A stretch of 64,000 bases of DNA from Moniliella sp. 'wahieum' (lineage: Eukaryota): assembly GCA_003971905.1 (NCBI GenBank), contig RSEE01000163.1, forward strand, positions 1-64,000. Reading direction: 5' to 3'. The notes beneath the pieces are model-generated. The model did no database searches. It saw only the letters and a program-made list of their open reading frames with translations, and was not told the DNA's origin. This document shows positions 1-10,845 of this stretch, one piece after another (positions within the stretch are counted from its first letter, which is position 1; each line of letters opens with the position of its first letter). Both the position numbers and the translations under genes were made by a program.

Positions 1-967
1 CTACTTGGATAACGGTGGCAACTCTAGCGCTAATACATGTCATTACTGCCTGACGCAAGAAGGGCGGACTTTATTAGGTTCAAACCATCCGGGGCAACCC
101 GTGTGGCGAGTCATGATAACGTATCGAATCGCATGGCCTTGTGCCGGCGATGCTTCATTCAAATATCTGCCCTATCAACTTTCGATGGTAAGGTCGTGGC
201 TTACCATGGTGACAACGGGAACGGGAATAAGGGTTCGATTCCGGAGAGGGAGCCTGAGAAACGGCTACCACATCCAAGGAAGGCAGCAGGCGCGCAAATT
301 ACCCAATCCCGACACGGGGAGGGTAGTGACAATAAATAACGATGCGGGGCCCTCTGGGTCTCGCAATTGGAATGAGTACAATTTAAATCCCTTAACGAGG
401 AACAATTGGAGGGCAAGTCTGGTGCCAGCAGCCGCGGTAATTCCAGCTCCAATAGCGTATATTAAAGTTGTTGCAGTTAAAACGCTCGTAGTTGAACTTG
501 GGGCTCGGCGGTTGTGGTCCGCCACGGCGTGTACTGCGTGTGTCGGGCTCTGTGGGGGATGTGTGCTTGCTCTTCCTTCTGGGAGGGTGAGGGCGGCCCC
601 GGTTTACTTGAGGAAATTAGAGTGTTCAAAGCAGGCGCTTGTGCCGGAATAGATTAGCATGGAATAATAAAATAGGACGATTGTGGTTCTGTTTTGTTGG
701 TTGTGACGGAACTGCCGTAATGATGAATAGGGACAGTTGGGGGCATTTGTATTGACACGCTAGAGGTGAAATTCTTGGATTGTGTCAAGCAAACTGCGAA
801 AGCATTGCCAAGGATGTTTTCATTAATCAGGAACGAAGGTCGGGGGATCGAAAACGATTAGATACCGTTGTAGTCTCGACAGTAAACGATGCCGGCTCGG
901 GATTGGCCCTTGTACATTTTGTCAACAGGGTCAGCACCGTTTCGAGAAATCAAAGCTTTTGGGTTCT

Positions 968-1001
<34 letters not shown>

Positions 1002-1002
1002 A

Positions 1003-1036
<34 letters not shown>

Positions 1037-1683
1037 GCGGCTTAATTTGACTCAACACGGGGAAACTCACCAGGTCCAGACATGGGAAGGATTGACAGAT
1101 TGATAGCTCTTTCATGATTCTATGGGTGGTGGTGCATGGCCGTTCTTAGTTGGTGAAGTGATTGTCTGGTTAATTCCGATAACGAACGAGACCTTCTCCT
1201 GCTAACTAGCCCCTGGCGCATGTTCGCTGTTGGCTGGCTTCTTAGAGGGACTGTGCTGCGGTATAAGCGCACGGAAGTTGGAGGCAATAACAGGTCTGTG
1301 ATGCCCTTAGATGTTCTGGGCCGCACGCGCGCTACACTGACAGAGCCAGCGAGTAGGTTTGCCTTGTGCAGACGCTCCTTGTCCGGAAGGGCTGGGTACT
1401 CTTGTGAAACTCTGTCGTGCTGGGGATAGAGCATTGTAATTGTTGCTCTCAACGAGGAATTCCTAGTAAGCGCAAGTCATCAGCTTGCGTTGATTACGTC
1501 CCTGCCCTTTGTACACACCGCCTGTCGTTACTACCGATTGAATGGCTTAGTGAGCCCTTGGGACTGGCCGTGCTGTGCCTTTACCGGCGCGGCGCTTGGC
1601 TGGAAACTTGTGCAAACTTGGTCATTTAGAGGAAGTACAAGTCATAACAAGGTTTCTGTAGGTGAACTGCAGAAGGATCATTC
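1..1683 (+). rRNA. 18S: 18S (SSU) rRNA, 5'-partial
   Basis: Universal SSU motifs: GTGCCAGCAGCCGCGGTAATTCCAGC (~422), GAAACTTAAAGAAATTGACGG (~991), GTACACACCGCC (1511), 3' end GGATCATT (~1675-1682). Confidence 0.98.
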
Positions 1684-1771
1684 TGGGAACTGTAACCTTG
1701 GGGCTCGCCCCATGGTCCACCTGTGAACACAACAAACCCACTAGCAAGGAAGGAAGTACTATGATTATTAT
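1684..1771 (+). other. ITS1 (~90 bp, unusually short)
   Basis: Spacer between the 18S 3' end and the 5.8S start ACAACTTT. Confidence 0.85.
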
Positions 1772-1925
1772 ACAACTTTTGGCAATGGATCTCTTGGTTC
1801 TCCATCGATGAAGAACGCAGCGAAACGCGAAAGGTAGTGTGAATTGCAGAACCGTGAACCATCGAGTCTTTGAACGCATCTTGCGCCAGGGGGCTATTCC
1901 CCCCGGCATGCCTGTTGAGTGTTGT
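1772..1925 (+). rRNA. 5.8S: 5.8S rRNA
   Basis: ACAACTTTTGGCAATGGATCTCTTGGTTCT...CATCGATGAAGAACGCAGCGAAA...GAATTGCAGAA...TCTTTGAACGCA...GGCATGCCTGTTGAGTG. Confidence 0.96.
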
Positions 1926-2047
1926 GAATCCTTATCATTCGGTGGAATGGATGTGGGAGTTTGATCCATCGGGGTCTCTCCTGAAAAGTACGAAGGTACC
2001 ACTAGGAAGAGACGTGTAGTGGGAGGCCGATACGAACACCCCCCCGA
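1926..2047 (+). other. ITS2 (~120 bp, short)
   Basis: Spacer between the 5.8S end and the 28S start GACCTCAGATCAGG. Confidence 0.85.
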
Positions 2048-2377
2048 TTCGACCTCAGATCAGGTAGGACTACCCGCTGAACTTAAGCATATCAATAAGC
2101 GGAGGAAGAGAAACAAACATGGATTCCCCTAGTAGCGGCGAGCGAAGCGGGATGAGCCCAGATTTGAAAGCTCCCTTGCGGGCGCATGTAAGCTGGAGAC
2201 GTGCCTCGTGCGGTGCGGCTGGACGCCAAGTCTGCTGGAAAGCAGCATCAGAGAGGGTGAGAATCCCGTGCTTGGTCTGGCCTGGTGCCGTGTTGTGGGG
2301 TGCGCTCGACGAGTCGCGTTTTGGGAATGCAGCGCAAAGAGGGGTGGTAAAGGCCATCCAAGGCTAAATATGGGGGA

Positions 2378-2411
<34 letters not shown>

Positions 2412-4185
2412 ATGAAAAGCACTTTGGAAGAGAGTTAAAGAGTACGTGAAATTGCCAAAAGGGAAGCGTTGGAAGTCAGTGCCGGAGCGGCGCCGCGTCT
2501 GGCCCTCTCGGGGGGTACTGTGGCGGCGTGGGGCCCATGTGTCGGTTGTGTGTGGGGGAGAAGGCGGCGCGGAAGGTGGCTTTCCCTTTGGGGGGAGTGT
2601 TATAGCCGCGCTGTGGATGCCCTGCGGACGACCGAGGACTGCCGTGTGGTGGACATGGGCTTAATGGCTTTCAGCGGCCGTCTTGAAACACGGACCAAGG
2701 AGTCTAACATGTATGCGAGTATGTGGGTGGCAAACCCGGCGTGCGAAATGAAAGTGATGTGGGTACGAACCCTCGGGTGCAGTACCGGCCGGCCCTGCGT
2801 GTGCGCACAAGATGGGTCTGAGCAAGAGCATACCTGTTGGGACCCGAAAGATGGTGAACTTTGCCTGGCTAGGATGAAGCCAGGGGAAACCTGGTGGAGG
2901 TCCGTCGCGGTTCTGACGTGCAAATCGATCGTTTGAGCTGGGCAAAGGGGCGAAACTATCGAACCATCTAGTAGCTGGTTCCTGCCGAAGTTTCCCTCAG
3001 GATAGCAGAAGCTCGTGTGAGAACAATTTTGAGGTAAAGCGAATGATTAGAGGCCTTGGGACGAAATGTTCTTAACCTATTCTCAAACTTAAATGCGTAA
3101 GAAGCACTTGCTGCTTGGTTGAGCTTGTGCGTTGAATGTGAGTTTCTAGTGGGCCATTTTTGGTAAGCAGAACTGGCGATGCGGGATGAACCGATCGTGT
3201 GGTTAAGGAGCCAGAGTACACGCTCATGAGACACCACAAAAGGTGTTGGTACATCTAGACAGTTGGACGGTGGCCATGGAAGTCGGAATCCGCTAAGGAG
3301 TGTGTAACAACTCACCAACCGAATGTACTAGCCCTGAAAATGGATGGCGCTGAAGCGTGTCTCCCATACCACACCTTTCGTGCCAGAGTTGTGCGAAAGA
3401 GTAGGCAGGCGCGGGGGTTTTGTGCCGAAGCGTTGGGCGTGAGCCTGCGTGGAACGGCCCCTGGTGCAGATCTTGGTGGCAGTAGCAAATATTCAAGCGA
3501 GTAACCTTGAAGACTGAAGTGGAGAAAGGTTCCATGGTAACAGCAGTTGGACATGGGTGAGCCGATCCTAACCGATAGGCTGATGCTGATCCATAGCACC
3601 CTTTTGGGGGGTGTGGTTCGGGAAAGGGAAGACGGTTAAGATTCCGTCGCCGGGATGAGGATGTTCAGAGCGGTAACGCAAGCAAGCCAGGAGACGACTG
3701 GCGAGTACCCCAGGAAGAGTTTTCTTTCTGCTTAACCATGCTGAGAATGCGCCGTGGAATCGGGTTATCCGGAGAGACGGTGCAGGGCGTGGGAAGAGTG
3801 CTGGCGCTACGCTGGCATCTGGTGTGTGCTCGACGGCCCGTGAAAATCCTGGTGCGTGTCTAGTCTCTCGCCCGGTCGTACTGATCACCGCAGCAGGTCT
3901 CCAAGGTGAAGAGCCTCTAGTTGAAACGAGAACGTAGGTAAGGGAAGTCGGCAAATTTGATCCGTAACTTTGGGAGAAGGATTGGCTCCAAGGCTTGGGT
4001 GCTGGCCGGGGCGTGCGGGTGGGCGGCCTGGGCTGCCGGGGCGCAAGCTCCTGGCGGCTGGGCGGCGCGCTGCGGCGCGGTCCGAAAGGTGCGCTGAACA
4101 AGCGACTTGGAACTGGTACGGACGCGGGGAATCTGACTGTCTAATTAAAACATAGCATTGCGATGGCCATAACGTGGTGTTGACG

Positions 4186-4219
<34 letters not shown>

Positions 4220-4347
4220 AGTGAAGAGATTCAACCAAGCGCGGGTAAACGGCGGGAGTACCTATGACTCTCTTAAGGTAGCAAATGCCTCGTCATTAAT
4301 TCGTGACGCGCATGAATGGATTAACGAGACTCCCACTGTCCCTGTCT
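2048..4347 (+). rRNA. 28S: 28S (LSU) rRNA, 3'-truncated (about the last 1 kb, including the peptidyl-transferase domain V, is missing)
   Basis: ACCCGCTGAACTTAAGCATATCAATAAGCGGAGGA (~2072), GTCTTGAAACACGGACCAAGGAG (~2680), GGTAAGGGAAGTCGGC, CTCTCTTAAGGTAGC (~4268). Homology stops after CCCACTGTCCCTGTCT. Confidence 0.95.
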
Positions 4348-4394
4348 CTGGTGGAGGCTGCTCGCAGTCCCGTTTGAGATGATAGTCTCTGATC

Positions 4395-4420
4395 CCCCCC
4401 TCTCTTCGGAGAGAGGGGGG
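4395..4420 (+). other. Perfect 11-bp hairpin CCCCCCTCTCT-TCGG-AGAGAGGGGGG; possible 3'-ETS processing stem-loop
   Basis: The inverted repeat is read directly. The function is inferred only from its position between the 28S and the 5S-like sequence. Confidence 0.45.
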
Positions 4421-4741
4421 CTTTGCACCTGCCAGCCAACCCTACTCCGACCATACGACAAATTGGCAAAGAAAAAAGAGTGGAAAAGAAAGTGAATTTG
4501 CCGTGGGGTCCCATCCCCCTTGCTCCTGTTGCGTATTTGTTACCGATCCCCCTGTAAGGTTCAGACATGTGGATATACTGGCTCTCTTCCGACTTGCGCG
4601 TAAGCTGACCCTGCAGATACTGACTTGTGAATATATACTGTTGAGGAAGGCCATCCAGGCGGTGTCTTCCCACGGGGCCGCTCCTCGTATCCCATAGAAA
4701 CCAATACATGCCCCGATTTACCCCTATACACTACTCCTACC

Positions 4742-4881
4742 ACCAACGGCAGTCATAGATCTGTGTAGGCGTGACCGTATCCCGTCCAATCTGTAAGATG
4801 GTCAAGACAGTATAACACCCAGTCAGTATATACACAGCGATAGAAGAGAGATACACATGTGGGAATCCTCGGTGCCGTCAT
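4742..4881 (+). pseudogene. 5S: Degenerate 5S rRNA copy
   Basis: Blocks CATAGA...ACCGTATCCCGTCCAATCTG...GTCAAG...CCCAGTCAGTA...GGGAATCCTCGGTGCCGT follow the basidiomycete 5S consensus in order. 5' ACGGC can pair with 3' GCCGT. There are ~20 extra nt and many transitions. Confidence 0.75.
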
Positions 4882-6190
4882 TCTTTCTGTATCCTCCTCC
4901 GTGCCAGTTGCGCCCCGCGCCCCTCTTCTGCCCAGGTAGCCCCCGTCCAGATCCCCGTGCGTACTAATAAGAGACCCCGTCCCCACCGCCCCACCACAGT
5001 GAGCAGCTACACGCCACACAGTATACCTCCCAACATTGCACACTCTCGCCCCCGCCCAACGACCGACCCCGCCACCCCCCCCTCGCCCTTTATACTCTCC
5101 GACCAGTGGTCCTCCTGCCCACCTTTTCCTCTTTGTACTAAAACCACTTGGACGTCGCACCACCCACCTACTGAAGCTCCACGGTTTTTCCCATGGCGAC
5201 GTTCAATAATAGTGTGGCTGCGGATCTATTCCCAACCCTAGCACTGTATAAGCCCGTGCCTCGGCCAGAATTGGCACCATTGTTGGTCAGGCCTGTAGCC
5301 GCCTAAGGGTTAGGTTGTCCCTCCACCGCCACCATCCGTATGCCAAAGTCAGCATGTGCGTTCGCCCTGCTGTCCTCGACGGGGCACGAGCCGACTAGTG
5401 CGGTGTCTTTCGAGGTATCGTGGGTGCAAAAGCTCCGCTGGCTCGATTCACCGAAGCCGGTACTCATCCCGTGTCTCTCGAAACAAGAGTGGGATGGAGA
5501 AGTACCCACGAATATGCTCATTTGCTGAGAGGCTGTTGAGCCCTAGGATCCTCCAAGCCGCTTCGCTCAACGTGCGGTCGCTCTTGGTCTCGACCTGATG
5601 GCGCGAAGTATCGAGGCCACCTTGCATTCCTTTCCCGCCCCCCCGCACACGTCCAAAAAGGATATCCCGAAAGTTAGCATACTCATCAGCTGCATAACAC
5701 ATGCAGTGATTGCAGTAAGTCCTGACATTTGCCTCTTTTGCGCATCACTGGCTTTCACGTATGAAAACAGGATGTGCATTACAATGTGCAGTCCACCACT
5801 AGGTTTGACCCGAACCAGCTGGGAAGACAAAAAAGGGCCGCGCTGCAACTTGAGTTTACTCCGACGGAGCGTCTAGGAGGATGGAGGTGGCATGGTCATT
5901 CAGCAACATGATCAGCACTTGACAACGCAGATTTCCGCTTGTACTACGTGTTCCCTCTCGACTGATAGGCAAAGGGGTGGCCAATGTACCGCCGAGAGCC
6001 CTGCTAGCACATCGCCTGGTCCTCTTTTGTTCTTTTCGCCCCACGAAGGTCCGCCGCTTTCCGTACATGTTTTCAACGTTGCGTGGGCCTACGGACTACA
6101 ATATAGTTGATGCTCTGAAGGGGCATGGATATGTTGGGAACTGTTTTCAAACGCCAGCGTTCCCAACAATTCCTACTACCTCGACACTAT

Positions 6191-6240
6191 CGCTGCACCT
6201 GGTTCCATCTCGCTGCACCTGGTTCCATCTCGCTCCACCT
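6191..6240. repeat. 20-bp tandem repeat CGCTGCACCTGGTTCCATCT x2.5
   Basis: Units at 6191-6210 and 6211-6230, partial unit at 6231-6240. Confidence 0.9.
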
Positions 6241-6538
6241 CTCGCTTCTCCACTATCACCCCAACACTTCTTACTCTCAACCCCGGACATGCTCTACTTC
6301 TTTGCATTTCGGTCTCCTTCGCCTCTCGTTCCCTCCCGTCTTGTCCCCCTTTTGACTCGTCCCCTTCACGCATTTCTTTGACTCTCATCATCATTACTTC
6401 ATGGACTCGTTCATTTGACTCGGTCTTGGGTTGCTTCCCTCTTCAAGTGCTATAGCCTAACTTCATCGTCTCGAACCCTCTTTCATTCTTCCATCGTAAA
6501 GCTAACGGGTCACGCGCAAAAAAGAAACAAAAAGGAAT

Positions 6539-6635
6539 CGACAATGACAGGATTCGAACCTGTGCAGGCAGAGCCTAATTGATGGTTAGACGAAATCGTT
6601 CTAATCAATCCCCGTAACCGCTCGGGCACATTGCC
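6539..6635 (-). tRNA. trnS-AGA: tRNA-Ser(AGA) with a 15-nt intron at the canonical 37/38 position
   Basis: Reverse complement reads GGCAATG TG CCCGAGCGGTTACGGG G ATTGA-TTAGAA[CGATTTCGTCTAACC]A-TCAAT, long variable arm TAGGCTCTGCCTGC, ACAGG TTCGAAT CCTGT CATTGTC G. Oligo-T Pol III terminator follows (A-runs at 6518-6533 on +). Confidence 0.95.
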
Positions 6636-7016
6636 ATCTTGTAATTCGTCGGTTCGTGTCGCAATTAAACCAAGTTAGCACAGTCATCTAGTAGCTAGTA
6701 GCTAACCCATCAGTGGATATTCCTTGTATTCATGGAAGGGCTACACGGGTAACAATTCCGTCCTAAATGTCCTTCCAAAGACCCATTCTGTGTACAGCCA
6801 GCGCCATCGGTAATCAAAAGGCCACCCCACTATCGCACGGTCGTGCTTTGACTAGCACCACACACATCTCCTGAACGCTGCTGGCGGAGGGGGATGAATT
6901 ACAGTGTGGTTGAGCATCAGGTGCTTGACAGAAGCCTGAGGCCATGTTGAATGCACAGGGGGCGAAGGGGGTAGGAGAAGAGGGGACAGGCCACATTGAG
7001 GGCGGCAAAAGAAGAT

Positions 7017-8883
7017 TTAGTGGTGGAAAAGACGGAAGGGCGTGCGGACAACCACCATACCATAGTTGTTGGCGGTTAGCGACGCACGCTTCGTCCATCA
7101 CCGAGCCACCGGGGGCAGCGATGTAGACGCACCGGAGCGTGCGGCACGGTGCACATTGTCCGGGAAGGGGAAGAAGGCGTCCGAGCCTACAGCCACTCCC
7201 TTGAGTTGGGCAGCCCACTGAGCGCGCTCCTCGGCCGACAGAGGAGCGGGGACTTGCTCAAACACACTCTCCCACTCGGCCCGCTCCACCGAGCCAGCCA
7301 TGTCGGGCCCGTCAACGGTGCCCTCGACAAAGAGGTCAATGGCGTTGGACTTCTCAGGGCGCTTGGTGCCCTTCTTGAAGGGCAAGGCGAGCACGCGCGG
7401 GTGCTGACGAAGCCACCAGTTGTCCGCCTTGGACCCAGCAAGACGAGTGCAGTGGATCCGGCTCTGCTGGCCCGCACCCAGACCCACCACTTGGCCGCGC
7501 AGAGTGTAGCAGACCGAGTTGGACTGCGTGTATTTGAGCGCAAGCGTGGCCACCGTCAGGTCCAGCAGTGCCTCCTTCGGGATCTCCTTCTTGTCGGAAA
7601 CCACATTGGTAAAGATGCTGGGCTCAATCTTGGCATCGTTGCGGCGCTGCTGCAGCGACACGCCGTACACTTGACGCGTCTCGAGCGTGTCGGGAACAAA
7701 GGTAGGGTCCATCTGCAGAACGCAGTACTTGCCGCCCTTCTTCTTGGTGAGGGTGGCCAGCGCCTCGGCGAGTAACCAGGTGCGATAATGCCATCACTCA
7801 CCTCGCGGCTAATGATGCGGGCCGTCTGTGCATCACACTCGTGCGACAGACCGATAAAGTCGCCAAACGAGCTCATGCGGTCCGCACCGCGCGCACGGGC
7901 ATACGCCGACGCAAGAGGCGACAGCTCCCCCAGATCATCCACAAAGGCAGCCTTGGCCTCAGCCTCCGACAGTGGCACCCCCACCGCGGCACCAGCGGGA
8001 GAGACGTGCTTGAACGAGGCAGCAGCAGGCAAACCTGTAGCCTCAGCGAGCTCCTTGACGAGGCCCCAGGCGTTGAGGCTGTCAAGGAAGTTGATGTAGC
8101 CAGGGGAGCCCGAGAGAACCTTGACGGGAAGGTCGCCGTGAGTAACAAAGGCCTGAGCGGGCTTCTGGTGAGGGTTAGCGCCGTACCGTAGCGTCATTTG
8201 CTGCACGTGGTCGCCCGACGAAGCGTACTGCTTGCGGAAGTAGTCGGAGATGGCATCATCATAGTGAGCCGTCGACTCAAACGCCTTGAGAGCGAGCTTG
8301 TTGCGCAGCTCCTGTGCATCGACGGCAGGGTTGTACTGGTCCAGGAACGAAGCATAGTCGGCGGGTCGGAAAGGATGTAGACACGGTTGTGGTTCTTGGC
8401 AGCTGCGCGCAGCAGCGTGACACCGCCAATGTCGATCTCCTCAACGGCTTGTGCAACAGTAGGAGCGGGGTCGCGCGCGATCGTCTCCTCAAAGGGGTAC
8501 AGGTTGCACACCACAATGTCAATCGGGGCAATGCCAGTGGCGGCGAGGTCCTTCTGGTCGCGCTCCTCGCTGAGCTGAGCGAGGATGCCACCGTGCACAG
8601 CGGGGTGGAGGGTCTTGACACGCCCTCCGAGCATCTCGGGCGCCTTGGTAATGTCCGACACATCGCTACCAGGAGAAGAGGCGGGGGGGAAGGTTAGAAA
8701 GTTGTGCAGGCGGCAGAAGTGAGAAGAAAACGTACCTGATCTCGAGGCCAGCCTCGCGGACAAGCTTGGCGGTTGCCGCCCGAACCAAGGAGGCGGACGC
8801 CCTTGGCGGCAAGGCCCTTGGCCAAGTCAAGGAGCCCGGTCTTGTCGTAGACGGAGAGGATGGCAGCGGGCTGGTACCGCCAT
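7017..8883 (-). CDS. ADE16: Bifunctional AICAR transformylase / IMP cyclohydrolase (PurH/ATIC); one intron at ~8668-8735; several apparent frameshifts
   Basis: Motifs across frames: [107 protein letters not shown]-terminal RLFHH*. Confidence 0.96.
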
Positions 8884-9149
8884 GACGGAGGAGGAAGACG
8901 GTGGTGGTGGTGGGGGGTGGGGATGGGGATGGGGGTGGGGATGGGGATGGGGGTGGGGGCGCAGAGAGGCAGGTGAGAGCAGCCGAAGCGCGGGGAAAAT
9001 ATCTTATGCATTTTTTCTCCGCACACGCTTATGTCAGCCGGCCAGCGCACGGTGCCTCGGCGCCACGGCTGGTAGGGTTCTGCAGGAGAGGCGCCATCGT
9101 ATCATCGAGCAAAGCAGCCTCCTAAGACCTAACCCGCCAGCCCTTGGCC

Positions 9150-9561
9150 ATGCCCACTGCGTCTGCCATCCCAGCGAACGCGCAGCTCCGCAACCGCATC
9201 TCCACGGCAACCCCAAAGCCTGCCGTCTTAACGGATACGCCCGCCACTGCCAGCGAGAAGAAGGGTGCGTCTGGGCCGGCGCCCCCCCACGGGCCCGCCG
9301 TCCCGCTCTAATACCTCGGTGTGGCGGACGTTTGGGCTCTTCTCAGCCGCGATCCTCGGGACGCCCTTGGCAGTATTTTACGGGGCAAAAGACACTCTAC
9401 TGGGCGGGAATGTGGCACATGCGGGTGCTCTGGCAGCAGTAGTGGTCAACGTGGTACTTTTAGGCTACATCGTCGTATGCTTGATAGAGCATGACGGCGA
9501 GGATGTGCCGGGAGTGGAGCCGGTTGTGCCCACAGAACGGGAGAAGAGGAAGGGCGAATGA
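9150..9561 (+). CDS. VMA21: V-ATPase assembly factor Vma21
   Basis: Two TM segments (FGLFSAAILGTPLAVFY; GALAAVVVNVVLLGYIVVCLIE) and a C-terminal dilysine-type ER retrieval tail (KRKGE*). ATG at 9150 needs one frameshift. Confidence 0.8.
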
Positions 9562-10301
9562 TTCGCTCCGGACGAGATGAGAGGCTGCCCCTTACCCCCT
9601 CCCCCGCCCCCTCCCTTCCTCTCTTCCTACTCCATACACACAGGCATGACCTTGTAGGCCACACATATCAGGATAGGTGGTAAACAGGAGAAGTAGGCGG
9701 GCAAGGTGATGCACAGCTCGACACTACAACGGAGAATGAAGCATCATATCCGTCTGCATTGCGTACAACATCACCAGGGCCATGCATGCCATCCAGAGGG
9801 CCATGGCACCCAGCGCAATTGTTCCCGTGGGAAGAGGACCTACCATACGAGCGCTGCTGGTGGTACGGAGGCCGGAGTGCTCGTTTCGAGGCTGCGGCTG
9901 CGGCTGAAAGCGAAGATGGCGCGGAAACTGAGGAGGCTGGCCGGGAAGAAGCCAATGGGGATGAGATGCAGATGCGGATGGAGGCTGGGCACACCAGGCG
10001 GGGTAAACTGCTAGGGTTGGCCAGCCAGGAGCTAGGGTTGCATTACAAAGCAACCACACTGGCGCCCTGCTGTCCACTGCTCGGCCTCAGGCCTCAGGCG
10101 CTCATCGATCCTCGCTCATCGATCGTCAGTCGTCGCTGTCGGAGCGTGCTGGAGCGCTGCAGAGCCATTTGGAGGTTGAAGCTTGGCCTCGACCACAACC
10201 TTGCCCGCATCCTTGCCCCACCGCCGCTGGCCTACCCCTCCCATCCCCGACGGCACTGACGACCCACCTCTCTCGCTCGCCTCCGCCGCCGCCACCGCAC
10301 C

Positions 10302-10845
10302 ATGCTTGCCCTTCCTCGTATGTCCGTCCGTGCGCTGAGCACGAGCACTCGCCGTCTGGTCGAGTACAGCGTCGCGCCGCTTCCGACCCAGTTGGGCGAC
10401 TTTGTGCGCCCGAGACGGCGCCCGCCACGTTGGTCTCTCCTGGCGAAGGTGTTGCGCAGCCGCACCCGCCGCCGGGCACGATTACCGAGCAAGCGCCCAA
10501 TGCCGCCACGACCTGGTCCGAGGACCAGAACCCGCGCTTGCTCGCGATGCGGGGCCCGCGGTTTGAACAGACCAACATGGCCTTCCAGCCGCAGCCTTTG
10601 TCGGCGATGACGCTGATTGCCAATGAGCCCATCCGCAAGGTCAACCAGCGCATTGTCTCGTGCGACGGAGGGGATGGTCCGCTGGGCCACCCCAAGGTGT
10701 TTATCAACCTGGACAAGCCCGGGGGCAAGGCTTGCCCTTACTGGTACGTGGCGCTCAAAGTGATGAGGAACGATACTAACCTGCTGCGTTGGCTACGATT
10801 ACATCTCGCAGTGGCCTTCGGTACGAGAACGAGCACCACCACTAA
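10302..10845 (+). CDS. NDUFS6: NADH:ubiquinone oxidoreductase 13 kDa zinc-binding subunit (zf-CHCC); intron at ~10744-10811
   Basis: Mitochondrial presequence [72 protein letters not shown]. Intron is GTACGT...TACTAAC...CAG. Confidence 0.93.

Noticed and set aside
5..4238. ORFs called within the rDNA
   Set aside because: Spurious translations of rRNA sequence.
4348..4740. Group I intron or intact R1/R2 element in the 28S
   Set aside because: The 28S never resumes, no group I core elements or RT/endonuclease ORF are recognisable, and a 5S-like relic follows.
5448..5702. SEAAWRILG resembling a Helitron Rep/helicase motif
   Set aside because: A single short match with no supporting Rep or helicase motifs nearby; it would need an HMM hit.
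6539..6635. Possible recoding or suppressor tRNA (TTAGA / TCTAA near the anticodon)
   Set aside because: Folding places AGA at positions 34-36, with a Ser-type long variable arm and G73. The TCTAA is intron sequence that pairs with the anticodon.
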